Under the pieces are notes generated by a model. That model was not told the origin of the DNA. It did not search any database and was given only the letters and a program-made list of their open reading frames with translations. The position numbers and the translations under genes are program-made. From positions 85,800 through 149,799 of the forward strand of contig JBBTRB010000003.1 of the NCBI GenBank assembly GCA_038065395.1: DNA of 64,000 nt, written 5' to 3'. Positions 36,750 to 45,213 of this stretch are shown here, piece by piece. The stretch comes from Patescibacteria group bacterium (GTDB taxonomy: Bacteria > Patescibacteriota > Minisyncoccia > Phycocordibacterales > PALSA-1337). How positions within the stretch are numbered: position 1 is the stretch's first letter; the number at the start of each line of letters is the position of its first letter.

Positions 36750-37967
36750 TTATAACGTTTTTGCTTTTGCGACGAGTGCCCGAGTGGCTTCTACTGCCTC
36801 ATTTGCTTTTTTCATAAGGAAAATCCGTGTTTCTTCATTGGGGTTATTGATTATCCTGTCTGTTCGAATTTTCTGAATACGATCTTCGATGATAGCGTTC
36901 TTCTGTGTTAGGTCTGCCACAAGAGCCTTCTTCGCCGCCTCTGTTTTCAACATACCTGTTTGGTTATCGTATTCAACTTGTATCTGGAATACCATCGATG
37001 CTTCTTGGCCGATAGCAAGTTCTACAAGTTTTCTCTCTTTGTATTTCTCCAGCGCCTGTAGTTGATCGGGATCAGGAGCAAGGTTCTCCAGCTGACTCTT
37101 TTGGACTTCGTATACCTTCTCAACCTCTTGTACGGCTTTTGTCCAGTTAACGTTAAGGAAGCCATCTTTGTAATTGTAAGGACGAGCAGTCACATCTAAG
37201 GCAGTTTTTCCGATAACCAGTTTGCTGTTCGCGGTGTCGCGGCGTATTTCATCACTGAGTGAGTCGATCTCTGCTTCGAGGGTTTCGATTTCTTTTGCAA
37301 GTTCTTCGTCGGATAAGGATGAATTCTTCTTGAGCTCCTCTATTTCAGTAGCGGCACGAACGATGAGTGCTGTACGTTCAGCGTTTTTCTTCTCTGTATC
37401 AGTAAGCATTTTCTGAGTTTCGGCCATATTGGTACGGAAAGCAGAGGCCTCTTTGCTCAATTCACTGAATATTCCTGCTGACACGCTCTCATACCGTATA
37501 CTCAACGGAGGCACCAACGTCGTCGGTATTGCCACCAGTCTCGGGTCTATCGTGCGGAGGATAATATATGAAGTAAGGACGAGGAGTAGTCCGAGTGCAG
37601 CGTTCTTGACCTTCTCGAGGCCGGCACCCTTGCCCTGCCATGAGTCCGTACTCATATATTGGAATCCTCCCCAGACGATCATGAACACTGCCGATACTGC
37701 AGCCAGAGCGATGGCAAGGTTGAAGAGATATTGTACGTAGTATTTGAAGTTGAGTTGCGTCTGGGGTTGACCAGCAGTACTTGCGGTACATGGGTCATCT
37801 GCCTCAGGGTTCTGACTCGGCACACACGGGAGCGGTTCGAGCAATGTATATGTGGGCAGTGGGTTGTTCGCAGGATTGCCGCCAGTATTGCCCCCTACTG
37901 TTGACTGAGCATACACAGAAGTCCCGAGAGACAAGGCGATGATCGTGAGGATAAAGATTTTTTTCAT
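36750..37967 (-). CDS. VirB2/TrbC pilin-like protein with long coiled-coil C-terminal extension
   Basis: Signal peptide followed by two hydrophobic helices (AIALAAVSAVFMIVWGGFQYM and LGLLLVLTSYIIL), then about 250 aa of heptad-rich sequence. Confidence 0.4.
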   Translation of the reverse strand: MKKIFILTIIALSLGTSVYAQSTVGGNTGGNPANNPLPTYTLLEPLPCVPSQNPEADDPCTASTAGQPQTQLNFKYYVQYLFNLAIALAAVSAVFMIVWGGFQYMSTDSWQGKGAGLEKVKNAALGLLLVLTSYIILRTIDPRLVAIPTTLVPPLSIRYESVSAGIFSELSKEASAFRTNMAETQKMLTDTEKKNAERTALIVRAATEIEELKKNSSLSDEELAKEIETLEAEIDSLSDEIRRDTANSKLVIGKTALDVTARPYNYKDGFLNVNWTKAVQEVEKVYEVQKSQLENLAPDPDQLQALEKYKERKLVELAIGQEASMVFQIQVEYDNQTGMLKTEAAKKALVADLTQKNAIIEDRIQKIRTDRIINNPNEETRIFLMKKANEAVEATRALVAKAKTL

Positions 37968-37973
37968 AGGATT

Positions 37974-38999
37974 TTAGAATGAAATAAGGCTTCTCTCGTC
38001 CGGCTTCGAGAAAGAAGCGGTGAACGAAGTCGCTGCTTCCTGGAGGATGTTGAGGTTATGTTTGATCTGGAGTTCGATCGACGAGCGACCTTCTTCTTCG
38101 GGTGCACGGAGGACGATCGACTGGTTCTTCGCCAGATCTTCTCGGAGTGATCCGTTGACTGTCCAGAGGTAAGAGAGGTTCCCTGCCCCTTCGACAGGTT
38201 TGTTGAAACCATACGGTACTGCCAAGATAGAACTCTCACGTTGTCGGCCGAGATTGATATTGCTGCTGGCGGATTTATTGAAAAGAGGTCCATAGAGAGG
38301 GTCATCGATATACAAGAGTAACGATGCTGCCTGTGGAGATACGGATATATACCCTGTTGTTGCGGCACTGTTGTCTCTGGTGCGAGCGGTGACACTGATG
38401 GTATAAGGCCGAGGTACGATACCACCTTCGACTATCACGGAATTCTTGCCATAGCCAGATTGGTCACTGATAGCACGGTCGTTGCGTTGCCATTCGTAGA
38501 TCAGAGTTTTGGGGTCGTATTCGACTCCTGCACTATTGGCAAGATGCGGTATGGCGACGATCTTGACGTTATTTTCGAAGACGGGACTGATCTTGCCCAG
38601 GAAAAGTGGCGGAACATAGCCATCTGACTCGAGGATCAGGTCGACCGATCCAGAGCCGATAGTGATGGACTCTGCGAGCTGTTTGCCACTCGGAGCGATC
38701 ACGACGACACCGACCGCCACCTTTTTGCCCAGTGCTGGGGCGGTGACTTCTACTGTGTCTGCACCGAGTCCACGACGTCTCTCCTTGCCTTCGACGATCC
38801 ATACTACCGTGGATCCGCGGATATCTTCGACATAACTACGTACGGTCACGGTGATGGTCTGACCTGGTACAGGGTTGCTCGAAGACAGGGATAGGTCGAG
38901 TCCCCCTACCGAAGCAGGTACAGTCTGCGCGAACGTGACCGAAGAGAAGAACAGAGAGAAAATACAGACAAAAAAGATATAAAAAGACTTACCTTGCAT
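37974..38999 (-). CDS. hypothetical secreted protein (T4SS operon)
   Basis: 341 aa with a signal peptide. Confidence 0.5.
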   Translation of the reverse strand: MQGKSFYIFFVCIFSLFFSSVTFAQTVPASVGGLDLSLSSSNPVPGQTITVTVRSYVEDIRGSTVVWIVEGKERRRGLGADTVEVTAPALGKKVAVGVVVIAPSGKQLAESITIGSGSVDLILESDGYVPPLFLGKISPVFENNVKIVAIPHLANSAGVEYDPKTLIYEWQRNDRAISDQSGYGKNSVIVEGGIVPRPYTISVTARTRDNSAATTGYISVSPQAASLLLYIDDPLYGPLFNKSASSNINLGRQRESSILAVPYGFNKPVEGAGNLSYLWTVNGSLREDLAKNQSIVLRAPEEEGRSSIELQIKHNLNILQEAATSFTASFSKPDERSLISF

Positions 39000-39020
39000 G
39001 CATATATTGTAGCATAGAGA

Positions 39021-39488
39021 CTACGCAGCTTCTTCGTAATCCTGTGGAGCACGAACTCCGTCACTCACGAGGGGCTGGATGCTAGAGCGACTTGGTGCTG
39101 AGGGTTGAGGTTGGCTCGGTTGACGGACACCACCGGCATTAAAGGTTGGTTGTTTAGTGAATTTGCCATGAGTTGCGTCTTTGAGAGAGATACCTGTTTT
39201 TTCTTGAACCTTGAGAAATGCGAGCAGAATGATCATGCCCACTACGATCGTTGGCAAGGATTGCACGATAGGTAGTATCTCTGCGAGACCAGAAACTACC
39301 ATTGGCGCCAAACGACGGGCATTGAGGAGACCAAAACCTTTGTAATAGAAGTACCACGCTACACAGAACCAAAACGCCGGTCCAACCGCGATACCTACTC
39401 CAGGAATGATGCTCAAGAGGTCTGCTAGAAGCGCCACGAACACGAGTATGATCATGGCCATAATGCCTATCTGTGGAGGATTGTTCAT
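39021..39488 (-). CDS. hypothetical small membrane protein (T4SS operon)
   Basis: 155 aa with three hydrophobic helices and a Pro/Ser-rich tail. Confidence 0.45.
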   Translation of the reverse strand: MNNPPQIGIMAMIILVFVALLADLLSIIPGVGIAVGPAFWFCVAWYFYYKGFGLLNARRLAPMVVSGLAEILPIVQSLPTIVVGMIILLAFLKVQEKTGISLKDATHGKFTKQPTFNAGGVRQPSQPQPSAPSRSSIQPLVSDGVRAPQDYEEAA

Positions 39489-39504
39489 GTGAGGTAGTAT
39501 ACCA

Positions 39505-41316
39505 TTACCCTACCTGCTCCAACTCCTTCTTGGCTTGCTGGATCTGCATGACCTGAGCTGGGTTGGTGGTGATGATCTGGTCTTCGGTGTAGGATGCCAC
39601 GATCTTGATCGCAACGTGCTTGAGGCCGACGAAGAATATACCCTCCCCTACGTCTGACTCGAGCAAGAGATACTTTTCCTCATCGGTGAGGTTGAAGGTC
39701 TTCTGGATACTGTCGATAACTGCTGGGGATTGCTTGAGGAGGATCTGGATCGATGAGTTGGTGACGATCGGTAGGCCATACGGCGAGTTCAGGAAGTCCC
39801 CTACGTCCTGGGTGATTGTCATCAGTCCCAAGAAGTATTTGCGACCTCTTTTTGCCAGACTAAAGAGGAACGAAGCGGTGTCTTCGGATTTCATCATCCA
39901 CCATGCTTCATCGATGACCAGGAGGCGTTTCTTGAGGTTCTTGCGGACAGCGTTCCATATATAGTGCGTGACGATGTACATGGCAACTGGTTTGAGCTCG
40001 TCTTCCATGTCGCGCAGTGAGAACACCACGAACTTTTTGTTGATGTCGACGTTCGAAGGACGGTTGATGAAGCCAGACCAGGTACCTTTTGTGTATTTGC
40101 CGAGACGCTCTACCAGAGAGCTTGCCCCTTCCATGCCGGCAAGTACGAGCTCGAAGTCAGAGAGGAGTGGTGGTTCGACATTGCGGAAGTCGGACTCCGG
40201 TGTGATGTCTTTGAGGGCATATGTCTCGGTGATGGCGCGGTCGATGAGCGCATCTTCTTCCTGGGTGAGACCTCCCAACATGATACGGAAGAGACCGACG
40301 AGGTTGATGGTGTTGGAGCGCAGGATGTCAGCCGCGGACTCGTCTTGCCCAGGGATCGGCAGATCAAAAGGGTTGATATGGTGTTCGGAGTTCAGAGATA
40401 TATTGAAATATTTGCCTCCCGTAGCCTCGGCCATATACTCGTATTCTTTTTCTGGATCAATGACGATGACATCGGTATCGAACATCAGTGTTCGTAGGAT
40501 CTCGAGTTTGGTGCAGTAGGACTTACCTGCACCAGCTACGGCGAACGTCACAGAGTTATAGTTGCCCAGCAAGAATCTGTCAAAAAGCACCAACGAGGAG
40601 TTGTGACGGTTGATACCATAGAGGATGCCTTTGTCTGAGGTCAGGTCAAAAGAGACAAATGGGAAAAGGCTCGAAAGGGGCGAAGAGTTGAGCTTGGAAT
40701 GTACGGCGAGCTGGTCGTCCCCTGTTGGGATCACACTCTTGAACCCTTGCTCTTGTTGGAAGAGAGCTGGTTTGACGTAGATGAGTTTGGATTCGAGGAT
40801 GGACTTGATCTCGGACTCGAGCTTGTCGAGTTCGCCTTCGTTGTCTGCAAAGAGGGTGATGTAGACGCCAACATCGAAGAGGTGTTCTTGCGCTTGCATC
40901 AGTTGGTCGCGGAGCGCCTCGAGATCTTGGTAGGCGGTATCGAGTGCAGGGTCGCGTACGAGTCCTTTGCTCTCTCGGCGAGAGATCTGACTCTGAACCT
41001 CGGCAACTTTCTTTTGGAAATGACGGAGCACCTTGGCGGTATCGATCGGATGTACGAAAATAGAGACGTTGAAGACCTTGTCGAGGTTGATGATCGGGGC
41101 GAACCAGCTCTCATCGAGGAATCGTGGATATGAGATGACGAAGAGTGTTCGACCGACCTTCTCGCCGAGGTTGATGTCTTTGGAGCTGACCTTGAGTGCC
41201 GAAGGAGCGATGACATCCTTGAGCTCGAGCACGCCAGCCTGGTATATCTCCTCGGGCAGGATGGAGACGATCGGACTGGCTTCTTTTTTACCTAATAATT
41301 TTGAAAATATGGACAT
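39505..41316 (-). CDS. VirB4/TrsE/PrgJ-like T4SS ATPase, C-terminal 603-aa ORF
   Basis: Walker A AVAGAGKSY and Walker B LLVIDEAWWM. The Walker A sits only about 260 aa from the N-terminus, so roughly 200 aa of a normal VirB4 N-terminus are missing. Confidence 0.8.
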   Translation of the reverse strand: MSIFSKLLGKKEASPIVSILPEEIYQAGVLELKDVIAPSALKVSSKDINLGEKVGRTLFVISYPRFLDESWFAPIINLDKVFNVSIFVHPIDTAKVLRHFQKKVAEVQSQISRRESKGLVRDPALDTAYQDLEALRDQLMQAQEHLFDVGVYITLFADNEGELDKLESEIKSILESKLIYVKPALFQQEQGFKSVIPTGDDQLAVHSKLNSSPLSSLFPFVSFDLTSDKGILYGINRHNSSLVLFDRFLLGNYNSVTFAVAGAGKSYCTKLEILRTLMFDTDVIVIDPEKEYEYMAEATGGKYFNISLNSEHHINPFDLPIPGQDESAADILRSNTINLVGLFRIMLGGLTQEEDALIDRAITETYALKDITPESDFRNVEPPLLSDFELVLAGMEGASSLVERLGKYTKGTWSGFINRPSNVDINKKFVVFSLRDMEDELKPVAMYIVTHYIWNAVRKNLKKRLLVIDEAWWMMKSEDTASFLFSLAKRGRKYFLGLMTITQDVGDFLNSPYGLPIVTNSSIQILLKQSPAVIDSIQKTFNLTDEEKYLLLESDVGEGIFFVGLKHVAIKIVASYTEDQIITTNPAQVMQIQQAKKELEQVG

Positions 41317-41320
41317 GGGA

Positions 41321-41419
41321 AAGTGTAATTGGAACCTAGTAACTCGTAACTAGAAAAACACACACATGGCTTTTTCTAGTTACAAATTTCTTTTTACGAG
41401 TTACGGTGTTCATGTGATT
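41321..41419. repeat. 99-bp repeat, copy 1 (inside the split VirB4 gene)
   Basis: Character-by-character identical to 42049-42147. Internal inverted half-sites tagtaactcgtaactag / ctagttac...cgagttac; contains stops in the VirB4 frame. Confidence 0.85.
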
Positions 41420-42048
41420 TGTATCGGCTTCTCGGTCTCGCCCGGGTTGAAGATTTTGTAGAATAATTCTACCACTTCTTCGGTTCCGAGTTCTGCACTG
41501 CGGACGCCGCAGCGTACCAGTCCCTGTTCGACTACTGATACTCGCTGTTCGAGCTGACTCCTGTATTCCTGGAATTTGTCATCGAGCGATCCGGCATCCG
41601 CTCCCTTCTTGCCCTTGGGCATCATGTTGGCGAGAGGGTTCTTGCTGGCGGTCATGAGTGGTGGATCGTACGGTATGACCACGAAGAAACTCTTGGACAT
41701 GATGTTGGTGCTCTCGACAAAGGTGCGGATGAACTCGATATATTCTCGGACCTGGATCTTCATGAGCTCAGTGAGCTGCTCTTTGTACTGCCCTTCGAGG
41801 AGGGCAATGTATGGCCTGATATCGAGCTTCTTGGACTGGATACAAATCTGGATCGAGAAATCCAGCGAGTTGAGGAAGTTCTGGAACTGCATCATGATCG
41901 AATTCTGCTCATCAGAAGACTTGAGAGCGAAGTTCAGTGACGATGCCAGGATGATGGCACGCATGCCGCCGTTCTTGAGGATGACCACACCATCGCGGAT
42001 CTCCTGGATCGGTACAAAGTTTTGGGTTGATTGGGGTGCTGTAGGCAT
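41410..42048 (-). CDS. VirB4/TrsE-like N-terminal domain ORF (212 aa)
   Basis: NFVPIQEIRDGVVILKNGGMRAIILASSLNFALKSSDEQNSIMMQFQNFLNS matches the N-terminal domain of Gram-positive VirB4 homologs (TrsE/Orf16/PrgJ-type). It is in the same reading frame as the 603-aa ORF. Confidence 0.55.
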   Translation of the reverse strand: MPTAPQSTQNFVPIQEIRDGVVILKNGGMRAIILASSLNFALKSSDEQNSIMMQFQNFLNSLDFSIQICIQSKKLDIRPYIALLEGQYKEQLTELMKIQVREYIEFIRTFVESTNIMSKSFFVVIPYDPPLMTASKNPLANMMPKGKKGADAGSLDDKFQEYRSQLEQRVSVVEQGLVRCGVRSAELGTEEVVELFYKIFNPGETEKPIQIT

Positions 42049-42147
42049 AAGTGTAATTGGAACCTAGTAACTCGTAACTAGAAAAACACACACATGGCTT
42101 TTTCTAGTTACAAATTTCTTTTTACGAGTTACGGTGTTCATGTGATT
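42049..42147. repeat. 99-bp repeat, copy 2 (between the PrgI-like gene and the VirB4 N-terminal ORF)
   Basis: Identical to 41321-41419. Confidence 0.85.
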
Positions 42148-42580
42148 ACTTCTGGTTACGGTTAGAATACATACTCTCTTTGATATCCAAACTCCAGGTC
42201 ATGTCTTTGAGTTTGCTGTTGGAGATCTTGGGGATCATGACAGACGCATAGGTCTTGGCATCTTTGAGTGCAGTACGCGTGTCGGTTGGTCGTGGCTTGT
42301 CTTCTTTTTTCCAAATATAGAGCTTGGCATTGCTGTAGTATTTGAATGCTGACTCGGCGATGTTTATGAAAGGTCTGTTATGGAGCTTGAAGAAAGCGAG
42401 CGCCGCAGAGATACCGAGGATCACCATGATGGGAATGAGCGAGAGGACAAAACTCTTGAGGAAAACATATACCAGGAATGAAAGGCCTCCCCCACCCGCG
42501 AGATATATGAACTGTTTGAGAGTCAGTGGTCCGAAGATCTTATCTTCGACTTCGATGAATTGAGGAACTTGGAAACGCAT
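42146..42580 (-). CDS. PrgI family protein (VirB3-like, Gram-positive T4SS)
   Basis: 144 aa: MRFQVPQFIEVEDKIFGPLTLKQFIYLAGGGGLSFLVY followed by a second transmembrane helix, as in the PrgI family (PF12666). Confidence 0.5.
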   Translation of the reverse strand: MRFQVPQFIEVEDKIFGPLTLKQFIYLAGGGGLSFLVYVFLKSFVLSLIPIMVILGISAALAFFKLHNRPFINIAESAFKYYSNAKLYIWKKEDKPRPTDTRTALKDAKTYASVMIPKISNSKLKDMTWSLDIKESMYSNRNQK

Positions 42581-42608
42581 CGATAGTATTATACCTCACC
42601 CCCACTCC

Positions 42609-43331
42609 TTATTCTATTGCCTCGCGGTACGGATCTGGTCCCGGGGCAACCTTCGGTGCCGGAGGAGTTGCCTTTGGGGTTTCTTTGGTTGGAGCTCCGA
42701 CTACCTTGACCACTTTCTCCTCGGGGATCGAGGTCGGCTTGTTCATCAAGAGATCAACCAAGGGCTCTGTATGAACATCCACCCTCGCTGGCGCTATCGG
42801 CTGTGGTGTAGGTTCTGGATTCTCGAGCGCATCGAGGAGTGCTTCCCTGTGAGTACTGGTCGCAGTCTCATCAGACATAGTCTTGAGTGACTCCGTCTTC
42901 TCCTCTGCTCCCTCTTTCTGAGGCTCTTCGATGGTGAAGTTACCGATCTTCTCGAGATCAGAGATGGAGGAGGTGTATGTAGGATCAGTGAGATCTTTGT
43001 CTTGTTCGAACTTTTCTTCCAAAGATTGCATGGCAGATTTTATCTTCGAGAATATTTCCTTGTTAACGTCATCCGCAATTTCGGCAGATACACTTTCTCG
43101 GATGTTTGCTTGGTTAGATAAGTTTTTCACAAATTCTTTTGAGGGAATAAGGCCAAGCATCACCAAACCAATGAGATCAACAAGTTCTCCCAGTTGATCG
43201 ATGTGGAGTGAATGCTTATCCCCTATCGCTTGAATGGCAGTGTTTATCTCAGGTGAAGAAATAGCCTCCTGAAGATCTTTTGGAAGTTGCTCGAAGCGTT
43301 CTTGAATTTGTTCGGCGCTAAATTGTTTCAT
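42609..43331 (-). CDS. hypothetical acidic protein (T4SS operon)
   Basis: ORF track 42609-43400; start moved to MKQFSAEQIQ (ATG at 43331) to remove the overlap. Confidence 0.4.
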   Translation of the reverse strand: MKQFSAEQIQERFEQLPKDLQEAISSPEINTAIQAIGDKHSLHIDQLGELVDLIGLVMLGLIPSKEFVKNLSNQANIRESVSAEIADDVNKEIFSKIKSAMQSLEEKFEQDKDLTDPTYTSSISDLEKIGNFTIEEPQKEGAEEKTESLKTMSDETATSTHREALLDALENPEPTPQPIAPARVDVHTEPLVDLLMNKPTSIPEEKVVKVVGAPTKETPKATPPAPKVAPGPDPYREAIE

Positions 43332-43332
43332 A

Positions 43333-45213
43333 TTATTTTTTATCGGATCCAGACTTCTTTTCCTCGTCACCACCCTTCTCTTCCTTGTTACTATCGCCAA
43401 CCTTCTTCACCAGATCATCAAAAGATTCCTTGCTCTTAGCCTCTTCTCCTTCCTTGATTTTGTCTTCCAAATCCTTAATTCCTTTCTTTAGAGTATCAAT
43501 TTTAGCAATACTCTCTATTTTTGGAGGTTTCGGTCTTCCAAAACCTACGGGATTAGAATCACTATCCATTTCCTTTTCAAGGTCTTTCATCTCTCGCTCC
43601 ATATCCGCCTTGAGCTTCTTATTTTTTTCCAAATCGGATTTCGCCTGTTTCTTAGCGGCTTCCTTGTTCAATTTTTCTGCAGTCTCTCTTCCGGCACGTC
43701 CATTCAACATGAAGTTGAGTACCGTATTTTCGTATGGAAGATTCCTTCTGAATTCAGCCTGCATTGCCTTGGCATCTTTCTCGGCCTGGTCAGCACTAGC
43801 CTTATCCGAATATAGACTTCTGTTCACTGTTCCAACCCTCTTGTATAGATCCTCTTGAGCTTTCTTCTGTGCTTTTAGTGTAGCTTCATAACTAGCTTTT
43901 TTGTCACCAAAACCATTGGAACTCAAAGCAGACAGTCCTTTTGAGGCCATAAGTCCCAATCCTGGAACTCTACTAGATAATCCTCTCAAGGCTTCACTTT
44001 CATTGAGTCTATAAGCAGCTCTTCCGACAGTGTTTCTGTTTGTCCATCTTCCCAAACCGCCCCACATCCCTGCTGCACCGATCTTATCTGTATTGATAAA
44101 CTTGAGTATTCCACCACTGATACTGACCGCTGCAACCAATGGGAAGTTGAGGAGAACGATCACGATCACCGCGTTGATGACGAGTGTCATGATACTGGAG
44201 TACCAGGTCGTCGAGTTCGTAGAGGCGGCGCTGGCAAGGTCGACACCAGTCAGGAGCGGTGTTGTGGTCAGGACGCTGAGTGCCAGGTACATCAGGAGTA
44301 GATACACCGGCATGAAGACGAGCATGCCCTTGTAGAGACTGGTCCACTTTTCTGCATACTTCCCTATCTCCGGGACGATATGAGATGCGAACCAGATCGG
44401 TGAGAATGCCAGGAGGAAGATCAACACTACGAAACGAATGACGAATGCTAGTGCCGCCGCGGCGAAACTCAATGCCGCAGTGATCATGATCATGATCGAG
44501 GCGATACCGATCATCATGATCTTGATCGGTGCCGTCCAGGCCCCACCAGCTGCAGCGGTCGAAGCGGCCGGAGTGATACTACCGTTGGTGTTGTAGAGCG
44601 CAGGGATCTTCAAAGACTTCATGAAGATATCAGAGAGTCCCCCGTCATTGGATGACCCTATCGATCTATTAACGAGTCCTGCGGGACTGAGGTTGCCTGC
44701 ATTGAGCGAGTTGGCAGGAGCGATCGCATTGTAGAGTTGGATCGAGACGATGTTGGAGACATCGATACCGAGTCCTGCGAAGAAGAAACTAAAGTTGATG
44801 ACGACACCAGCGATGACAATGTTCTTGATGAGCGTTCCGAACTTGGCATCTTGGAGACCGAGGATCAGTCGTAGTGCCGCATAGAGCAAGGTGAAGATGA
44901 TGAAAAGGCCAGAAATATCACGCAACGCTTTCCAGGTAGTGAAGACTGCCGGTGTCTGTTGCAAGAATGACTTCATCTGCAAGGTCAGGTTGATCGAGTA
45001 GTTGAGCAAGAATCCGGACAATGCCAGTATCCATCCTGCCCCCATCTGGATGAAGTTGATGATCTGGGCCAATATCTCGGCTACGATCATCATCAAGTTA
45101 TCAAAACCAAAAAGGTTGGCCACAATATTTTGTGCATGCGCAACGTGTGTGCCCAAGAGCCATCCTCCGAGGATAGCGAGCGAGATTATGAAGATGTTAC
45201 GGATGTTCCTCAT
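43333..45213 (-). CDS. polytopic membrane protein, VirB6/TrbL/PrgH-like
   Basis: 626 aa with a signal peptide, 8 or more transmembrane helices and a C-terminal charged coiled-coil tail (KKQAKSDLEKNKKLKADMEREMKDLEKE). Confidence 0.5.
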   Translation of the reverse strand: MRNIRNIFIISLAILGGWLLGTHVAHAQNIVANLFGFDNLMMIVAEILAQIINFIQMGAGWILALSGFLLNYSINLTLQMKSFLQQTPAVFTTWKALRDISGLFIIFTLLYAALRLILGLQDAKFGTLIKNIVIAGVVINFSFFFAGLGIDVSNIVSIQLYNAIAPANSLNAGNLSPAGLVNRSIGSSNDGGLSDIFMKSLKIPALYNTNGSITPAASTAAAGGAWTAPIKIMMIGIASIMIMITAALSFAAAALAFVIRFVVLIFLLAFSPIWFASHIVPEIGKYAEKWTSLYKGMLVFMPVYLLLMYLALSVLTTTPLLTGVDLASAASTNSTTWYSSIMTLVINAVIVIVLLNFPLVAAVSISGGILKFINTDKIGAAGMWGGLGRWTNRNTVGRAAYRLNESEALRGLSSRVPGLGLMASKGLSALSSNGFGDKKASYEATLKAQKKAQEDLYKRVGTVNRSLYSDKASADQAEKDAKAMQAEFRRNLPYENTVLNFMLNGRAGRETAEKLNKEAAKKQAKSDLEKNKKLKADMEREMKDLEKEMDSDSNPVGFGRPKPPKIESIAKIDTLKKGIKDLEDKIKEGEEAKSKESFDDLVKKVGDSNKEEKGGDEEKKSGSDKK

